A program made the position numbers and the translations under genes. The notes under the pieces are model-generated. The model worked only from the letters and a program-made list of their open reading frames with translations. It was not told where the DNA came from and did not search any database. Below are positions 12,028 to 24,081 of a stretch of DNA of 64,000 nt, piece by piece (positions within the stretch are counted from its first letter, which is position 1; every line of letters starts with the position of its first letter). Source of the DNA: Mobula hypostoma (taxonomy: Eukaryota); contig NC_086108.1 in the NCBI RefSeq assembly GCF_963921235.1, positions 84,384,001 to 84,448,000 of the forward strand, read 5' to 3'.

Positions 12028-15000
12028 TTATTCCAAATTTGATAAAAATTTTTCCTTTTGAATTCTCAGAGAGTAGGTCATCTTTTCAAATTTAAATATT
12101 TCCAAAATGATTTCACGCCAGTCTTCTAATGTAGGTGATGTTGGATTTAACCACTTTCTGGTGGTTGATTTCTTACTTGCCGCTAAAAGGGCCTGCAGCA
12201 GCTTTATATCTTTCTTCTGTTCCAAAAACAATACATGCACCAAGTAGAGAGTCTCAAAGTTCAGAGGTATCTGAGTCCTAAATACCTTAACTAATGTTCT
12301 GTGAATACTTTCCCAATATAAACTTAATTTAGGGCAATCCCAAAAAATATAGAAATGATTTGCCTCCTTGGAGCCACATCTTTTCCAACACGCCACGTTT
12401 GTGTCTTTATATTTTTCCTGGTATGGGGTCTTGAAGTATCATAATATTTTTCCAACAATGTTCTCTCCAAATCAAAGAGTTAGTCGAAGACCACTGGAAG
12501 CTGCATATTTTCCCCCAAGCCTCCTCTGAAAGTACCAACCCTGCTTCTTTCTCCCACTTCTCTTTAACATACAATGTGTTTTCATTTTTGGCATGAGAGA
12601 GGGCATTATATAATCGAGAAATTGATTTACTTGGTATTGAACTGTAAGCCAAATACAGAATCTTGAAAAATTCTAATTCTACTGTTGGTAAGTCTGTATA
12701 TCTACAACTCTGGTTAACATGATGTCGCACTTGAAGGTACCTAAAAAAGTCATTGTGTTCTAGGCCATATTTGCCCTGCAGGGATTGAAAACTTTGTAAT
12801 ACATTTTTATGTGTGAATGAGAGGTAGGTTGTAAGACCTTTCTCTATCCACAGTTCAAATCCTTTATCTCCTCTGTTGGGAAGAAATTTGGTATCATAAG
12901 CACACCATCTGAAAAGTTTTAACATGTTATTGATTCCACATGAATGAGCCACCTTCTGCCATACTTTTAATGTCAGATTTATCCAGCTGTTTTTAATCTT
13001 TTCCAACTGGGTCATCAATCCTTTGCCTGCTATTCAGGCCTGTAGAGGAAAATTGTCAATCAATCCATATTCTATTTCCTTCCATCTAGCCTTATATTCT
13101 GTATTGCACCAATATAACGAAGCATAAAAATAATTTCTCAAGGAAGTGCCATACCTCCTCCTTCCTTTCCTAACTGTAAGGTGTTAAATCAGATTCTAGG
13201 TTTCTTTCCTTGCCAGATAAAGCAGTAAATCCATTTGTCCCATTCCCTGAATTGATTATCGTCCACCTCCACAGATAAAGTCCGGAAAAGGTAAAGTAAC
13301 CAAGGGAGAACATTCATTTTTATGGTATTTATCCTTGAATTTAAACTTAAAAAGGGGATAAGATTCCACTTATGTATATCTGCTTTTATGTCTGAAATTA
13401 ATGGCCCATAATTTACCTGTGACAATGTTGAAAGATCTTTTGGCAGGGTTATTCCTAAATATTTTAATGATTTAGCTTCCCACTTAAGATCATATGTATC
13501 CTGCAGTTTTTTGGATGCTGTATAATTTAAGGACAAAACCTGCGTTTTCTTTACATTAATTTTATAACCTGATATTTTCCCAAACTCATCCAACAGTGTA
13601 AACAATTCTATAAGTGATTTTTCTGGTTCACTCAAATAGACTAAAATGTCATCTGCAAATAGTGCCCCTTCTGTTCAATCCCTGCCACCTTGACACCTTT
13701 TACAACTTTGCTCTGGCTTACTAGATGGGCAAGAGGTTCAATATATAGTGCAAAAAGGAGGGGGGAAATTGGGCATCCCTGTTGTTCCTCTCTCTAAAAT
13801 AAAAGAGTCAGCGAGGTCCCCATTTATCTTAATTCGAGCTGTAGGGCTGTCATATAAAGTCTGCATTACTTTAATAAACTTTTCTTGAAAGCCAAATCTT
13901 CCTAACTCTCTGCACAGGAATACCCAACTAAATGAATCAAAAACTTTCTCAGCATCTAATCCCACTACCATTGTCTCTGTCCCGTTCTTAATAACCTGTT
14001 CTGGTATGTGTAAAGTTCTCCTTATGTTGTCCTGAGTTTGTCTTTGCTGAATGAATCCAGTCTGGTCTAAGTGGATGAGGCCAGGTAGAAGCTTTTCCAG
14101 TCTACGAGCTAATATAGATGTAAATAATTTGTAGTCCAAATTAAGAACATTGATTAGCCAGTAATTACCACATTCTAGTTTATCTTTGCCCTCTTTAGGA
14201 ATAACTGAGATAATCGCCTCTCTCCAGGAAGGTGGAATTTCTGCTCTCTGTAAAATCCAATTAAAGGTGTTAAGTAATAATGGAACTAACTGTGACTTCA
14301 GCGATTTGTACCACTCTGAGGTAAACCCATCAGAGCCTGGAGACCTTCCGGCCTTTAATCTAGAGATGGCCGTGTTCAGTTCTTGACAGTTACTGGTTCT
14401 AATAGGCATTCATGAGGCGTGCCACAAGAACTGGCTGGAGCGGACTGCCAAGATGAAACAGAAACTGGGACTGTGGGGAGGGCGCTCTCTGTCGATAACG
14501 GGCAAGAACCTGGTCATCAGGTGTGAGGTGCTCTCAGGGCTGCTGTACTTGGCACAGGTGTGGCCCGTCACCCGCTCCTACAGCTCGGAAATCACCCGAG
14601 CTGTCTTCAGATTTGTCTGGGGATCCAAGATGGAGCAAGTGAGACGGATTGTCATGCACAAGTCCCTGGACAACGGGGGCAAGAATGTCCCCAATGTCGC
14701 CCTCACCCTGACGTCCAGCTTCATGTGTGGCTGCATCAGGCTGTGCGTGGATCCCAGATACATGTGGGCACAAAGTACTACTATGTGCCCAGGTTCTACC
14801 TGTCACCCTGGCTACGAAGGATGGGTCTGGCCCCTTTCCCGCACAACACCCATCAGCTGGTCATTGCCTCCATACCTGTCCTTCATAGAAAAATTCTTCA
14901 AGGCCAACGCATTTGACCACAAGGCAATTAGACAGTGGTCCGCACATACTGTCCTGCAGGCACTGCAGGAGAAGGACACATTGGGGTGGTTCCCTGAGCA

Positions 15001-17222
15001 GACCGTCCAGTACATCTGGCAAAATGCGTCATCGCCAGACCTCACCAACAGGCACAAAGATCTCGTCTGGCTGGCGGTCAGAGGGGCCCTCTCAGTCAGA
15101 TCCCTCCTGTACGCCCGGAACGTCGTCTCCGCACCCCACTGCCCACGGGAGGACTGTAATGGGGTGGAGTCGGTGGCTCACCTCTTTGCACACTGTGGGT
15201 TCACGAAGAAGGTGTGGAGGGGAATGGAAGGGATGGTGTTAAGATTCATGCCCAGCGGCTGCGTTACCAAGTACTCCGTGATCTACGGGCTGTACCCGGG
15301 GACGCACACGGAGACAAACATCCGGTGCTGCTGGCAGATCATCAATTCGGTGAAAGATGCTCTTTGGTCTTCCCGGAACTTGGTGGTCTGTCAGCACATG
15401 GAGATGTCTGTGACTGAATGCTGCCAACTGGCTCACTCTCGCCTGCAGGAGAACGTGCTGAGGGATGCACTCAAGCTTGGTGCGGCCACCACGAAGGCCC
15501 GGTGAGGTAGGACCACAGTTTAAGGTTCATCACCCGTGAGAGTGGGAGGGGTCGGGTGGGGAGGAGAATACCCCTCATCAGCGGTGTGGATAGATGAATC
15601 AACATGGTGCCCCAGGAGTGGCTGAAAATGTAACTGTGGAAAAGGAATTAGAGCCAACGCGTGTTTTTATTGTTCATAATTTTATTGTAAATAATCTTAA
15701 TTCTTGACTAAGGGTTGAGAGTAAACGAACAATATATTGTAAATATCTTTCATTTGTATATGGACTAAGAGTCAACGCATAATTTTATTGTAAATAACTA
15801 TTTATTGAATAAGGACTCAGTCAACGAATGTTTTTTAATGTAAATAACTTTATTTTGTAATATTTCTGAATAAAGTATTTTTGGAGGAAAAAAAATCTGT
15901 GAGCTTGGGTAGATCTAAAGAATTCAGGAAAGTGTCTATATAGGGCTCTTTGGAGGCCCGGGGTTGAAAGTACAGCTCTCGATATGTTTCAAGACTCTCT
16001 TTAATTTTCCCTGTTGTATTCTCCACAAGCTTTGTTTTTGGATACTTTATTTTATGAATTGCATTGTCTGCTTGTTGTTTATGTAATTTATATGCTAATA
16101 ATCTAGCTGATTTCCTCCTACTTCATAATTCTTTTGTCTCAGGTAAAGAAAGTATATTTGAGTTTCCAATGTGTATATATCATCAATTTCACTTTGCACT
16201 TTCTTAATTTCCTGTTTAAAATTAGAACTAGTTTTGTTGCTATCTACAACTTGAAGTTGTTTTAATTTTCCTTGAAGGTTTGCTAATTTATGTGCATTGA
16301 ATTTTTTTCATGTGAGTAGTAATGGAAATAATTTTCCCTCTCAGTACAGCTTTCAATGTATCCCATAAGATCACTGGTGATGTTTCTCCCATGTCATTAT
16401 GGTCTAGGTATTCTTTGATTTCTCCCCTTAATTTCTCCATTACTTTCGGGTTATTGAGTATATGTGAATTTAACCACCATAGTGTTTTCCTCATTTTCCT
16501 TTCCAGAATTAGAGACATAGAGAGTGGACTATGGTCCGACAGATCAATTGTTGCAATATTACACTCTTTTATCCTGAACCTATGTTAAATATAAAAAAAA
16601 GTCTATCCTTGAAAAAGCTGAATGAGGGAAAGAATAATGCATATAGTCTTTACTAGTAGGGTGTAATTCCCTCCAGACATCTATAATTCCCAGCTCCTCC
16701 ATCAATGAATTCACTTTTCTAGTCAGAGGTTTATTCTGAATAACTGTTCTTGAAGAATCTAATGCAGGATTTAACCTAATATTAAAATCCCCTCCGCAGA
16801 TTACTACCCTTTGAGAGCTGACCGTTAGGTCAAAAATGTGTCTATAGAATGACCATTCACAACCTGGTGGAGCATAAACATTCAGCAATGTTATTTCAGT
16901 ACCTTCTATTCTTCCTGTAACTTTTACAAATCGCCCATCCTTGTCTTTAGTCTCTGGTCTCTGAAATATGTTAATAATTAAGAGTACTTGATATTAAAGT
17001 AGCTACTCCTCTTTTGTGGCCCAATTTATATGACGAATAAAATACAAGCTTAAAGCCCATTCTTTTTAATTTTGCATGTTTGGATTGGCTCATGTGCGTT
17101 TCCTGAAGGAAAGCTATCTGTGCCCTCTCTTTTTTCGATTTAGACATAATCTTATTTCTCTTAATTGGATTCAAAACCCCATTTACATTAAAGGAAATTA
17201 TTTTTACCAGTTCAATTTGCAT
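12028..17222 (-). pseudogene. L1 ORF2, disrupted and split by Tx1 insert
   Basis: Colinear ORFs 16971-17222, 16580-16888, 16288-16518, 13738-14409, 13189-13635, 12407-13018, 12028-12396. Confidence 0.88.
14414..15895 (+). mobile_element. 5'-truncated Tx1-clade LINE inserted antisense in L1 ORF2
   Basis: ORF 14453-15505 RSLSITGKNLVIRCEVLS...FRFVWG...CPREDC...ESVAHLFAHC (zf-RVT); GC-richer than host L1; AATAAA and A tail at 15868-15895. Confidence 0.85.
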
Positions 17223-17549
17223 TTTTCTCTAACAGAAAAAAAACTTCTCCTTTTCTAAACCTACAGTAAGCAATCCCTTCTCAACAGTAAACCAGAACAT
17301 AAAACCAAACCCTAGGCATTTTTGAACATAGAACATTTGAAAACTTTTCCTGACTTCCAACAGTGAGGCCTGAGCACCGACCCGCCTCAGTCCAGAGGGA
17401 TAACCCCCATCTCCAGTCTGTGTTAGAGGGCCCTCCACAGTGTAAACAGTCATACAGAATTCTCTCCTTTTTATGTCTCGACCATATTGCTATCATTCAA
17501 GTCATTCCGTCTAGATTATTTTCAATTATCAGCTTTCATTTTACCTTTA

Positions 17550-18558
17550 AGTACAATTTACTCTTTTCAGACATTTCTCAATTATTCTACACATTCTGTA
17601 CATTCGCGTCTGAATACTTGCAGCTTCTCCTTATAGCTTGACACTCTGGTTCGAGTGGAGCGTCCTCGCTGCACTGGCTGCCATGTCCACTGCCGAATCT
17701 TCTCCAGTAATGACTCCGATTGGGTGATAACTTCTATGGGTAGTCACCGAACCGCCAGATCCATCGTTGCCTCTTCCACTGTAGCATAGGTTTTTGTCCC
17801 TTTGTTGTAAAAGACTCTTAGCCAAGCTGGATACGGGTCTGAAATCTGATGTTGTTTTCCTTCAGGACCCTCCGTGTTTCCGCGTATTCCTTCCGTCTGG
17901 CAAGGATCCCCAGTGCGTAATCATGGTCTAAACTGATTTTACAGTTGTTCCACTTAAAGCCTTTCTTTTGCTATGCCAGTTTAAGCACCTCTTCCTTCGT
18001 TCTGTAATGGAGAAATCTGACTAGAATTGATCTGGGCTGGGCGCCTACCGGGGGGTGCGCTGCCAATGCGTGGTGGGCCCTTTCTATCTGTAGGCCTTTA
18101 GCGTCTGGTACTTCAAGGTTCTCTCTAGCAGCTTCTCCACGAAGGGAATCACCAATCCGGGTTTACCTTCGGGGACTCCACAGATCCTCACATTTTCCCC
18201 TTCTTGAGCGGCCTTCTTGGTCTGTTAGCTTCCACTGGAGCTGTTCTTGTAGCTTCAGTGTTTCTGCTATCACTTCCTCTGCATTTTGCAGCCTCTCCTC
18301 AGTCCCTACAGTCCTCGCTTCGACTTCATCTAACCTCAGATTAGTTTTTCCTATTTTACCTTTAATATCTTCCAGCTGTTTGTTGATATCTTGTCAGAAA
18401 TCACGAATCTCTCCAAGAATCAAAGTCAGATTCACCGATTCTTCCACATTATCTCCGTCCTGGCTAGCCGTGGGAGAGCTAGGCCCCTCGTCTTGCTGTG
18501 TCTTCTTATATTTACCAGCCTTCTGAGCGGACTTTTTATTCTTGTACTTAGACTCCAT
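17550..18558 (-). pseudogene. L1 ORF1, disrupted
   Basis: Reverse-strand ENVRICGVPEG, IERAH, PRSILVRF and LDHDY motifs in broken frames; 3' boundary approximate. Confidence 0.75.
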
Positions 18559-18654
18559 CCTTGCCCCTTTTATTGATATAGTTATACAATACTAAATATT
18601 TGTCTGATTTCAACTTTGGGGCAGTTTACGTTCTTTTTTGTCGAGAGACCTTTT

Positions 18655-18692
18655 CCTGTGCTGCCATTCTCTTGGTGACCCGGAAGTCCTCC
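18655..18692 (-). promoter_or_regulatory. L1 5' terminal internal-promoter motif (ETS-like CTTCCGG + YY1-like AATGGC)
   Basis: Sense ggacttccgggtcaccaagagaatggcagcac; similar arrangement at the second L1 5' end (24050-24081). Confidence 0.45.
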
Positions 18693-19059
18693 CTCTCTGA
18701 TACTTTCATCAATAAACATATCAAGTTCTCCAGCCTGTACTTCTCAAAATAATATATTTTATTTATAATTTCACATTAAACTTGCAGAAATACTGGGCCA
18801 CCAAATCTGCTTCCAATAATTAATAAGCGCAGTGCCTGGTTTCTTCAATTTTGAGACTAATGGACATCTTCTCAGCCAGAGGCTTCTAGAAAATGGAACT
18901 GTGGATTGAAAGTTTTGAACTGATAGGAACAGGAATCAAGCATCATATCTATACGCCAGTGAAGGTAACATAGCAAAATATTTCATGAAATACTGAAACT
19001 ACAGTAATGTCATTTACTAGAAGAAGTCATCCCAAAGCCAAACAGTAGAAAAGCAACAT

Positions 19060-19745
19060 GAATCTATTAGTCCTCTGGAAGACCAGAATGGTAATCCATG
19101 TGTGGAGCAAAAACAGATGGGGGAGATCGTACATGCATTCTTTGCATCAGTATTTACTCGGGAGATGGATCCAGAGTCTACAGAAGTGAGGCAAAACGGC
19201 ATCAACTTCATGCACCCTGTACAGATTACAGAGGAGGGAGATACTTGCTACCCTGAGGGAAATCCCCAGGGCCTGACAGGGTGTTCCCTCTGACCCTACG
19301 GGAGGCAAGTGCAGAAATTGCCAGAACCCTAGCAGAGATATTTAAGACATCCTTAGCAACAGATTAGGACTGTATTCTTTAGAACATACAAGACTGAGAG
19401 GAGATTTGATAGAGGTATACAAAATTATGAAGGATATAGACAGGGAAGCTACAACCAGAGGTCACGGGTTAAGGGTGAAAGGTGAAATATTTAAGAGGAA
19501 ATATGGGGAAACTTCTTTACTCAGAAGCCCAGGAGAGTGTGAAACGAGCTGCCAGCATAAGTGGTCCGTGCAAGCTTGATTTCAACATTTAAGAGAAGTG
19601 TAGATATGTACATTGGTAGTAGCAGTATGGAGAGCTGTGGTCCTGGTACAGGTTGTTGGGAGTAGGTAGTTTAAATGATTTTCAAACATGGACTAGATCA
19701 CCTGAAGGGCTTGTTTCTGCACTATTCTTCTCTATGACTCTAACG
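19060..19745 (+). mobile_element. Internally deleted CR1 fragment
   Basis: PLEDQNGNPCVE...FFASVFT segment joined at about 19362 to LGLYSLE...RGDLIEVYKIM and the CR1 3' tail. Confidence 0.75.
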
Positions 19746-20953
19746 GGCAAAATGGAAAGAGTTCAGTAAAACCTAGAGATGTTAACAAAAATATAATGAA
19801 GGTATCAGTTAACCTTCTTCTTTGGCTGTCCATTGATTTTGATGTTGACTGCGCTGAGAGTTTAGTCTCTGCAGGCACGTTTATGGGCCACAAAACCAGC
19901 AATGGATCGGCACTGTCTCCCACATCGGTTGCATTTGTGATTTGACTGGTCTAGTACCGAATGGCTGCGTTCATGAACTGCTTCATATTTCTTCTGCCTT
20001 TTCTCCTCGATAGCTGGGATTGACTTATTGACAATGCAGTGCCAACTTCTTCTGTCCAAAGCTTCTTTCTCCCTGGTGTTGACATTCATGTCGGTGTTCT
20101 TCATATGGCACCTGAGCACATCTTTGTAGTGCAGCTTCTGACCAATATGCTTCCTCGTTCCTTCATGCAGCTCGCCACAGAAAACAGCTTTGGGTAAACG
20201 ATCATAGCTCATTCTTTTTTTTTATTACTAATTTTTTATTGCAACACCAACAAATTACATTCAATACAACCAACTGCCAATTACATTTTGACAGTTTAAC
20301 TCAGCCACCCCCCAACCTTCATCACCATCCCCCTCCACCCCTCTATCCCCCCATCCCTCTCCCCTCCACCCCTCTCTCCCCCACCAACCAACTGAATAGT
20401 AGTGCATACACAGACAAAGCATTCCTATTTTAACAAAAGATCTTTTGTTAGATATCAAATTTGTCCACATTAAGATTGTGTTGGGTCATACATCATTTAC
20501 TCTTGCTGATGAAAGTTCCGGGTAAGAAATGTCCAAAAAGCTCCGAAGCCAGTGAGTATTTGAAATATCATGGGGGGGTTTCCAATGCTGGACTACAATC
20601 TTCTTAGCTGCAGTCAGGCCTGCCAGCCAGACTTTGCGTGTTTTTTCTGTAAGGGAAAGGTGGGAGTCATCATTTAGAAAATGTTTCTAATTTATGTGTT
20701 GCTCATCTTCCCCTGGATCTGTTGTTGTAAGTTGGTGGTGGAGCCCCAAGTTACCCCGTTCCCATTACCCCTCACATTCAACCCTTTACTTTGTAACATC
20801 TGTGAGTGTCATTTAGCAATGTCAGACGCTGAGCATTAACATTAACCACCCCGCTCTGGCCCCAACAAATTAGAAAGGCAAAGCAGTTCTCATAGACAAT
20901 CATATCAAAGAGACAAGAAAAAGAAAACCTGGACAAATCTGTTAGCCTACATA

Positions 20954-22556
20954 CAGGTGTCCCCCGCTTTTCGAACATTCGCTTTATGAAACCTCACTGT
21001 GACGAAAGACCTACATTAGTTCCCTGTTTTCACTAACAGAAGGTGTTTTCACTGTTACGAAAAATAGCAGCACACAAAAAAAAAGGCAGCGTGCACCCCG
21101 AGCAGCCGCTCTCCCCCGGATTCGGAACGGCATTCTCGCCGGCATTGCTTTAACACATGCCTGTGAGCAGCCGTTAGCAAGATGAGTTCTAAGGTATCGG
21201 AAAAGCCTAAAAGAGCTCGTAGGGGTGTTACACAGCATAAAAATAGACATAATTAAGTGTTTCGATCATGGTGAATGAAGTAAGGACAAAGTGAGTTTGG
21301 CTTGCAGAAGTTGATGAAGATGATGTTGAAGAGGTTTTGGCATCCCATGACCAAGAACTGATAGATGAAGAGCTGATGCAATTGGAAGAGGAAAGGATAA
21401 CAATCGAAACCCAATGCAGTAGCGAAAGTGAAGTCGTCCAGGAACTGAACGTGAAGCAACTGCGTGAGATTTTCACTGCAATGATAAAGTACGACTTTAA
21501 TTTTGAAAGGGTACGTCAGCTTAGGGCATATTTGCAGGATGGTTTGAGTGCTTACAAAGAACTGTATGATCTAAAAATGTGCAAGGCTAAGCAGTCAAGC
21601 AAGCCTTCCACATCAGCCACAGCAGACGACAAACTTCGACCTTCAACATTGAGGCAGTCAGACATAGAAGAAGATGACCTGCCTGCCCTGATCAACGATG
21701 AGGTGACACCCCAGTGTCCCACCACCCCAGTGGTCCCAACCCCCGGACAGATACCGATTCGCGGAGAATGCAGCGGTAGCTGGAACGCACTCAGCACATC
21801 TTTAAGAAAAAAAGCCAAAATAAACAAGCTAATTAATTACGTGCCGCCCGGCATGTAAATGTCGGCCCAGATCAGAGGCGATTGCCGATTGCGTCGCCTC
21901 TGATCTGGGCCGACATGTACGTGGCGGGCAGCACCTAATTAATTAGCTTGTTTATTTCAGCTTTTTTCTTAAAGATGTGCTGTGGGCCTCCCGGCTACCG
22001 CTGTACCCCTGCATGCTTCGTGGATAGGTATCAGTTCACTGCCTGGAGGGTGGGGGCCACTGCACCACCCCAGACTCCGACAACTCAGCCTAACGCACCA
22101 TCATCAGTGTGCTCGGCAAGCTGTCTTCCTGATTCCGGTAAGTGATACTACACTGTACATACATTATTTCTACTTCATATAGGCTGTGTATTTTTAAGTG
22201 TTATTTGGTATGATTTGGCAGCTTCATAGCTTAAAGGTTACCGGAGAGAGTGTTTTTGCCAACAGCGCTTGCCTGAGATTTTCGCTACGGAGAACAGTGC
22301 ACAATGATTGTGGGAAAGTATTTCTACTTTATATAGGCTGTGTATTTATCATATCATTCCTGCTTCTACTATATGTTACTGTTATTTCAGGTTTTATGTG
22401 TTATTTGGCATGATTTGGTAGGTTATTTTTGGGTCTGCGAACGCTCACAAAATTTTCCCATATAAATAAATGGTAATTGCTGCTTCGCTTTACGACATTC
22501 CGGCTTACGAACCATTTCATAGGAACACTCTACCTTCAGATGGCGGGGGAAACCTG
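20954..22556 (+). mobile_element. Internally deleted pogo/Tigger DNA transposon
   Basis: TA TSD (20952-53, 22557-58); TIR caggtgtcccccgc / gcgggggaaacctg; N-terminal HTH-like MSSKVSEKPKRAR...KIDIIK fused to acidic C-terminus EVDEDDVEEVLASHDQELIDEEL; no DDE core seen. Confidence 0.85.
21728..22062. mobile_element. Palindromic hAT (Charlie-type) MITE, 335 bp
   Basis: Perfect 8-bp TSD caccaccc (21720-21727, 22063-22070); termini cagtggtcccaacc / gggtgggggccactg; whole element is an imperfect inverted repeat centred near 21887. Confidence 0.88.
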
Positions 22557-23019
22557 TAATTAAAACCAGTTCCATTGTAACACATAATCAAGACCCCAAC
22601 AGAACTCTTGCGGGAATCTGTTGCTTTAATAGACCGTCGCTTAGCGATGGCGCCAGTGACGTCTTATCTGGCGCCAAGGAACATAATCAAGTTTACTGGA
22701 GACATAACGTTCTAAAGTTATTCAGAACAAACTGCTGTTTTTCAGCTTCATTCTTGAAGAAGTATGACATTTGGGTATATTGAGTATCACCTTAGAAAGT
22801 AAAAGATAAAAAGTAAATCTAGGCAGACTTATATCACCTTACCATGTCATCCTTGTACTAACAAGTTAACTGAGCTATTACCTTAAAACCCTGACCTGCA
22901 ATACTCAGAAACAAACTGGCCCCTTAATTAACTACATACAAAAGTGCAACGAATGACTTTCCAGTATAAGAATAACCAGAAAACTTCACACCTAGGACGT
23001 TAACTTGCCCGTGCCTGTT

Positions 23020-23954
23020 AGACTGCACATACAGGCTGGTCCGAGCTCTTAATGCAGTTCCATCTCCTCCCGAGGGGCGTGTGGACTTTGCCTAGGGTCT
23101 TCTTCCATATCTCCCAGCACTGATGATTTCAGAGCTTCTTTCGCTTCCTCTGCCGAGTTAAATGACATCTTCATGCCCTTGATATTCACTCTGAAAATCG
23201 CTGGGTATATGAGGAACCAGTTGATCCCCTTCTGTCAAAGTTTAGTGTGGATCTCCTTGTATCCCTGCCGTTCCTGCATCGGGCCGGGGCTGTAGTCGGC
23301 GAAGAACTGCAGCTGGGTGCCGTCAGGGAGAGTAGGTTTGGCTTTCCTCGTGCTCTCCAGGATAGCCTGCTGGTCATTGTACCGTAGAAGCCGAAAAACC
23401 ATGGTCCGCGGTCTTGAGGTGTTGTTGGAAAAGATCCTATGTGCTCTAACGATCTCCAATGGAGCGCTGTGGGAATTCTTGAGCGCTGGAATCCAATTAG
23501 GCAGCATCTTCTGGAGGTACCCTCTTGGATCGTCACCCTCAGCGCCTGTCGGTCAGTTGACCAGCCGCACATTGTTTCTCCTGGATCTGTCCTCCAAGTC
23601 GTTTAACTTCTTCCATATCTTACAGACACCTCCGCGAGACAGGAGTTAGTAACTTTCTCATTCTTGCATAAGCAAACCTGAATGTTGTCTATTTTGTTGA
23701 AGACCGTGCTAAATCTGCTTCTCCTTTAACGACCGGAGAATGTTGCCGTTCTCTGCCATATGGTTCTGCATGGGGTCAAGAGCCTTTTCCAGCAACTTCT
23801 TTAGCATGTGGGCTACCGTTTCTTGCAGCGATTCCATCTCCGTTGTCATTGTTTGCTTAATTAGCATTGCTATTTCCTCAGATGAATTGCTAGCTTGGTG
23901 TCTTCTGCTGGTATCTTGTTTCCTGGTTGAATTTGGATCTTTTTTTGAGGTCAT
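23020..23954 (-). pseudogene. L1 ORF1 of the HAL1-like element (stop and frameshifts)
   Basis: MTSKKD start, coiled-coil-like region, RRNNVRLV, LEIVRAHRI, PRTMVFRLLRY, FFADYS. Confidence 0.8.
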
Positions 23955-24049
23955 GTCTTTAGTTAGATCTTTCTCCAACTCAGCCTTGTATTAAGACCGT
24001 CCATGAGTCCTACAAAACTTGAAAAAGGAGGGTCATATGTCAGCACTCA

Positions 24050-24081
24050 GTGCTGTGCTGCCATCTTGCCTCACCGGAAGT
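24050..24081 (-). promoter_or_regulatory. L1 5' terminal motif (CTTCCGG + AAGATGGC)
   Basis: Sense acttccggtgaggcaagatggcagcac directly inside the TSD. Confidence 0.45.

Larger units (their letters stand above)
11556..18692 (-). mobile_element. Full-length fish-type L1 LINE (about 5.6 kb without the Tx1 insert), decayed
   Basis: 10-bp TSD ctctctgata (11546-11555, 18693-18702); poly(A) tail (poly-T on + from 11556); ORF1 from ATG at 18558; ORF2 from 17222 (ISFNVNG, FLQETH, NVYAP, GGDFN, PGSDGF, DQTGF, LDAEK, KYLGI, HIFWDCP-like); 5' end GGACTTCCGG. Confidence 0.92.
20217..24081 (-). mobile_element. ORF1-only (HAL1-like) internally deleted L1, about 2.26 kb excluding Tigger
   Basis: 17-bp TSD gatcatagctcattctt (20200-20216) / gatcatcactcattctt (24082-24098); L1-type 5' end; ORF1; only the last ~80 codons of ORF2 (LAGLTAAKKIVVQHWK); G-rich 3'UTR; poly(A). 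Confidence 0.82.

Noticed and set aside
15650..15865. CRISPR-like repeat array
   Set aside because: Eukaryotic LINE 3'UTR; repeats are degenerate, spacers are not unique, and there are no cas genes.
21337..21858. TIGD1-like host gene
   Set aside because: Lies within TIRs and TA TSD, lacks the DDE core, and its C-terminus comes from the MITE.
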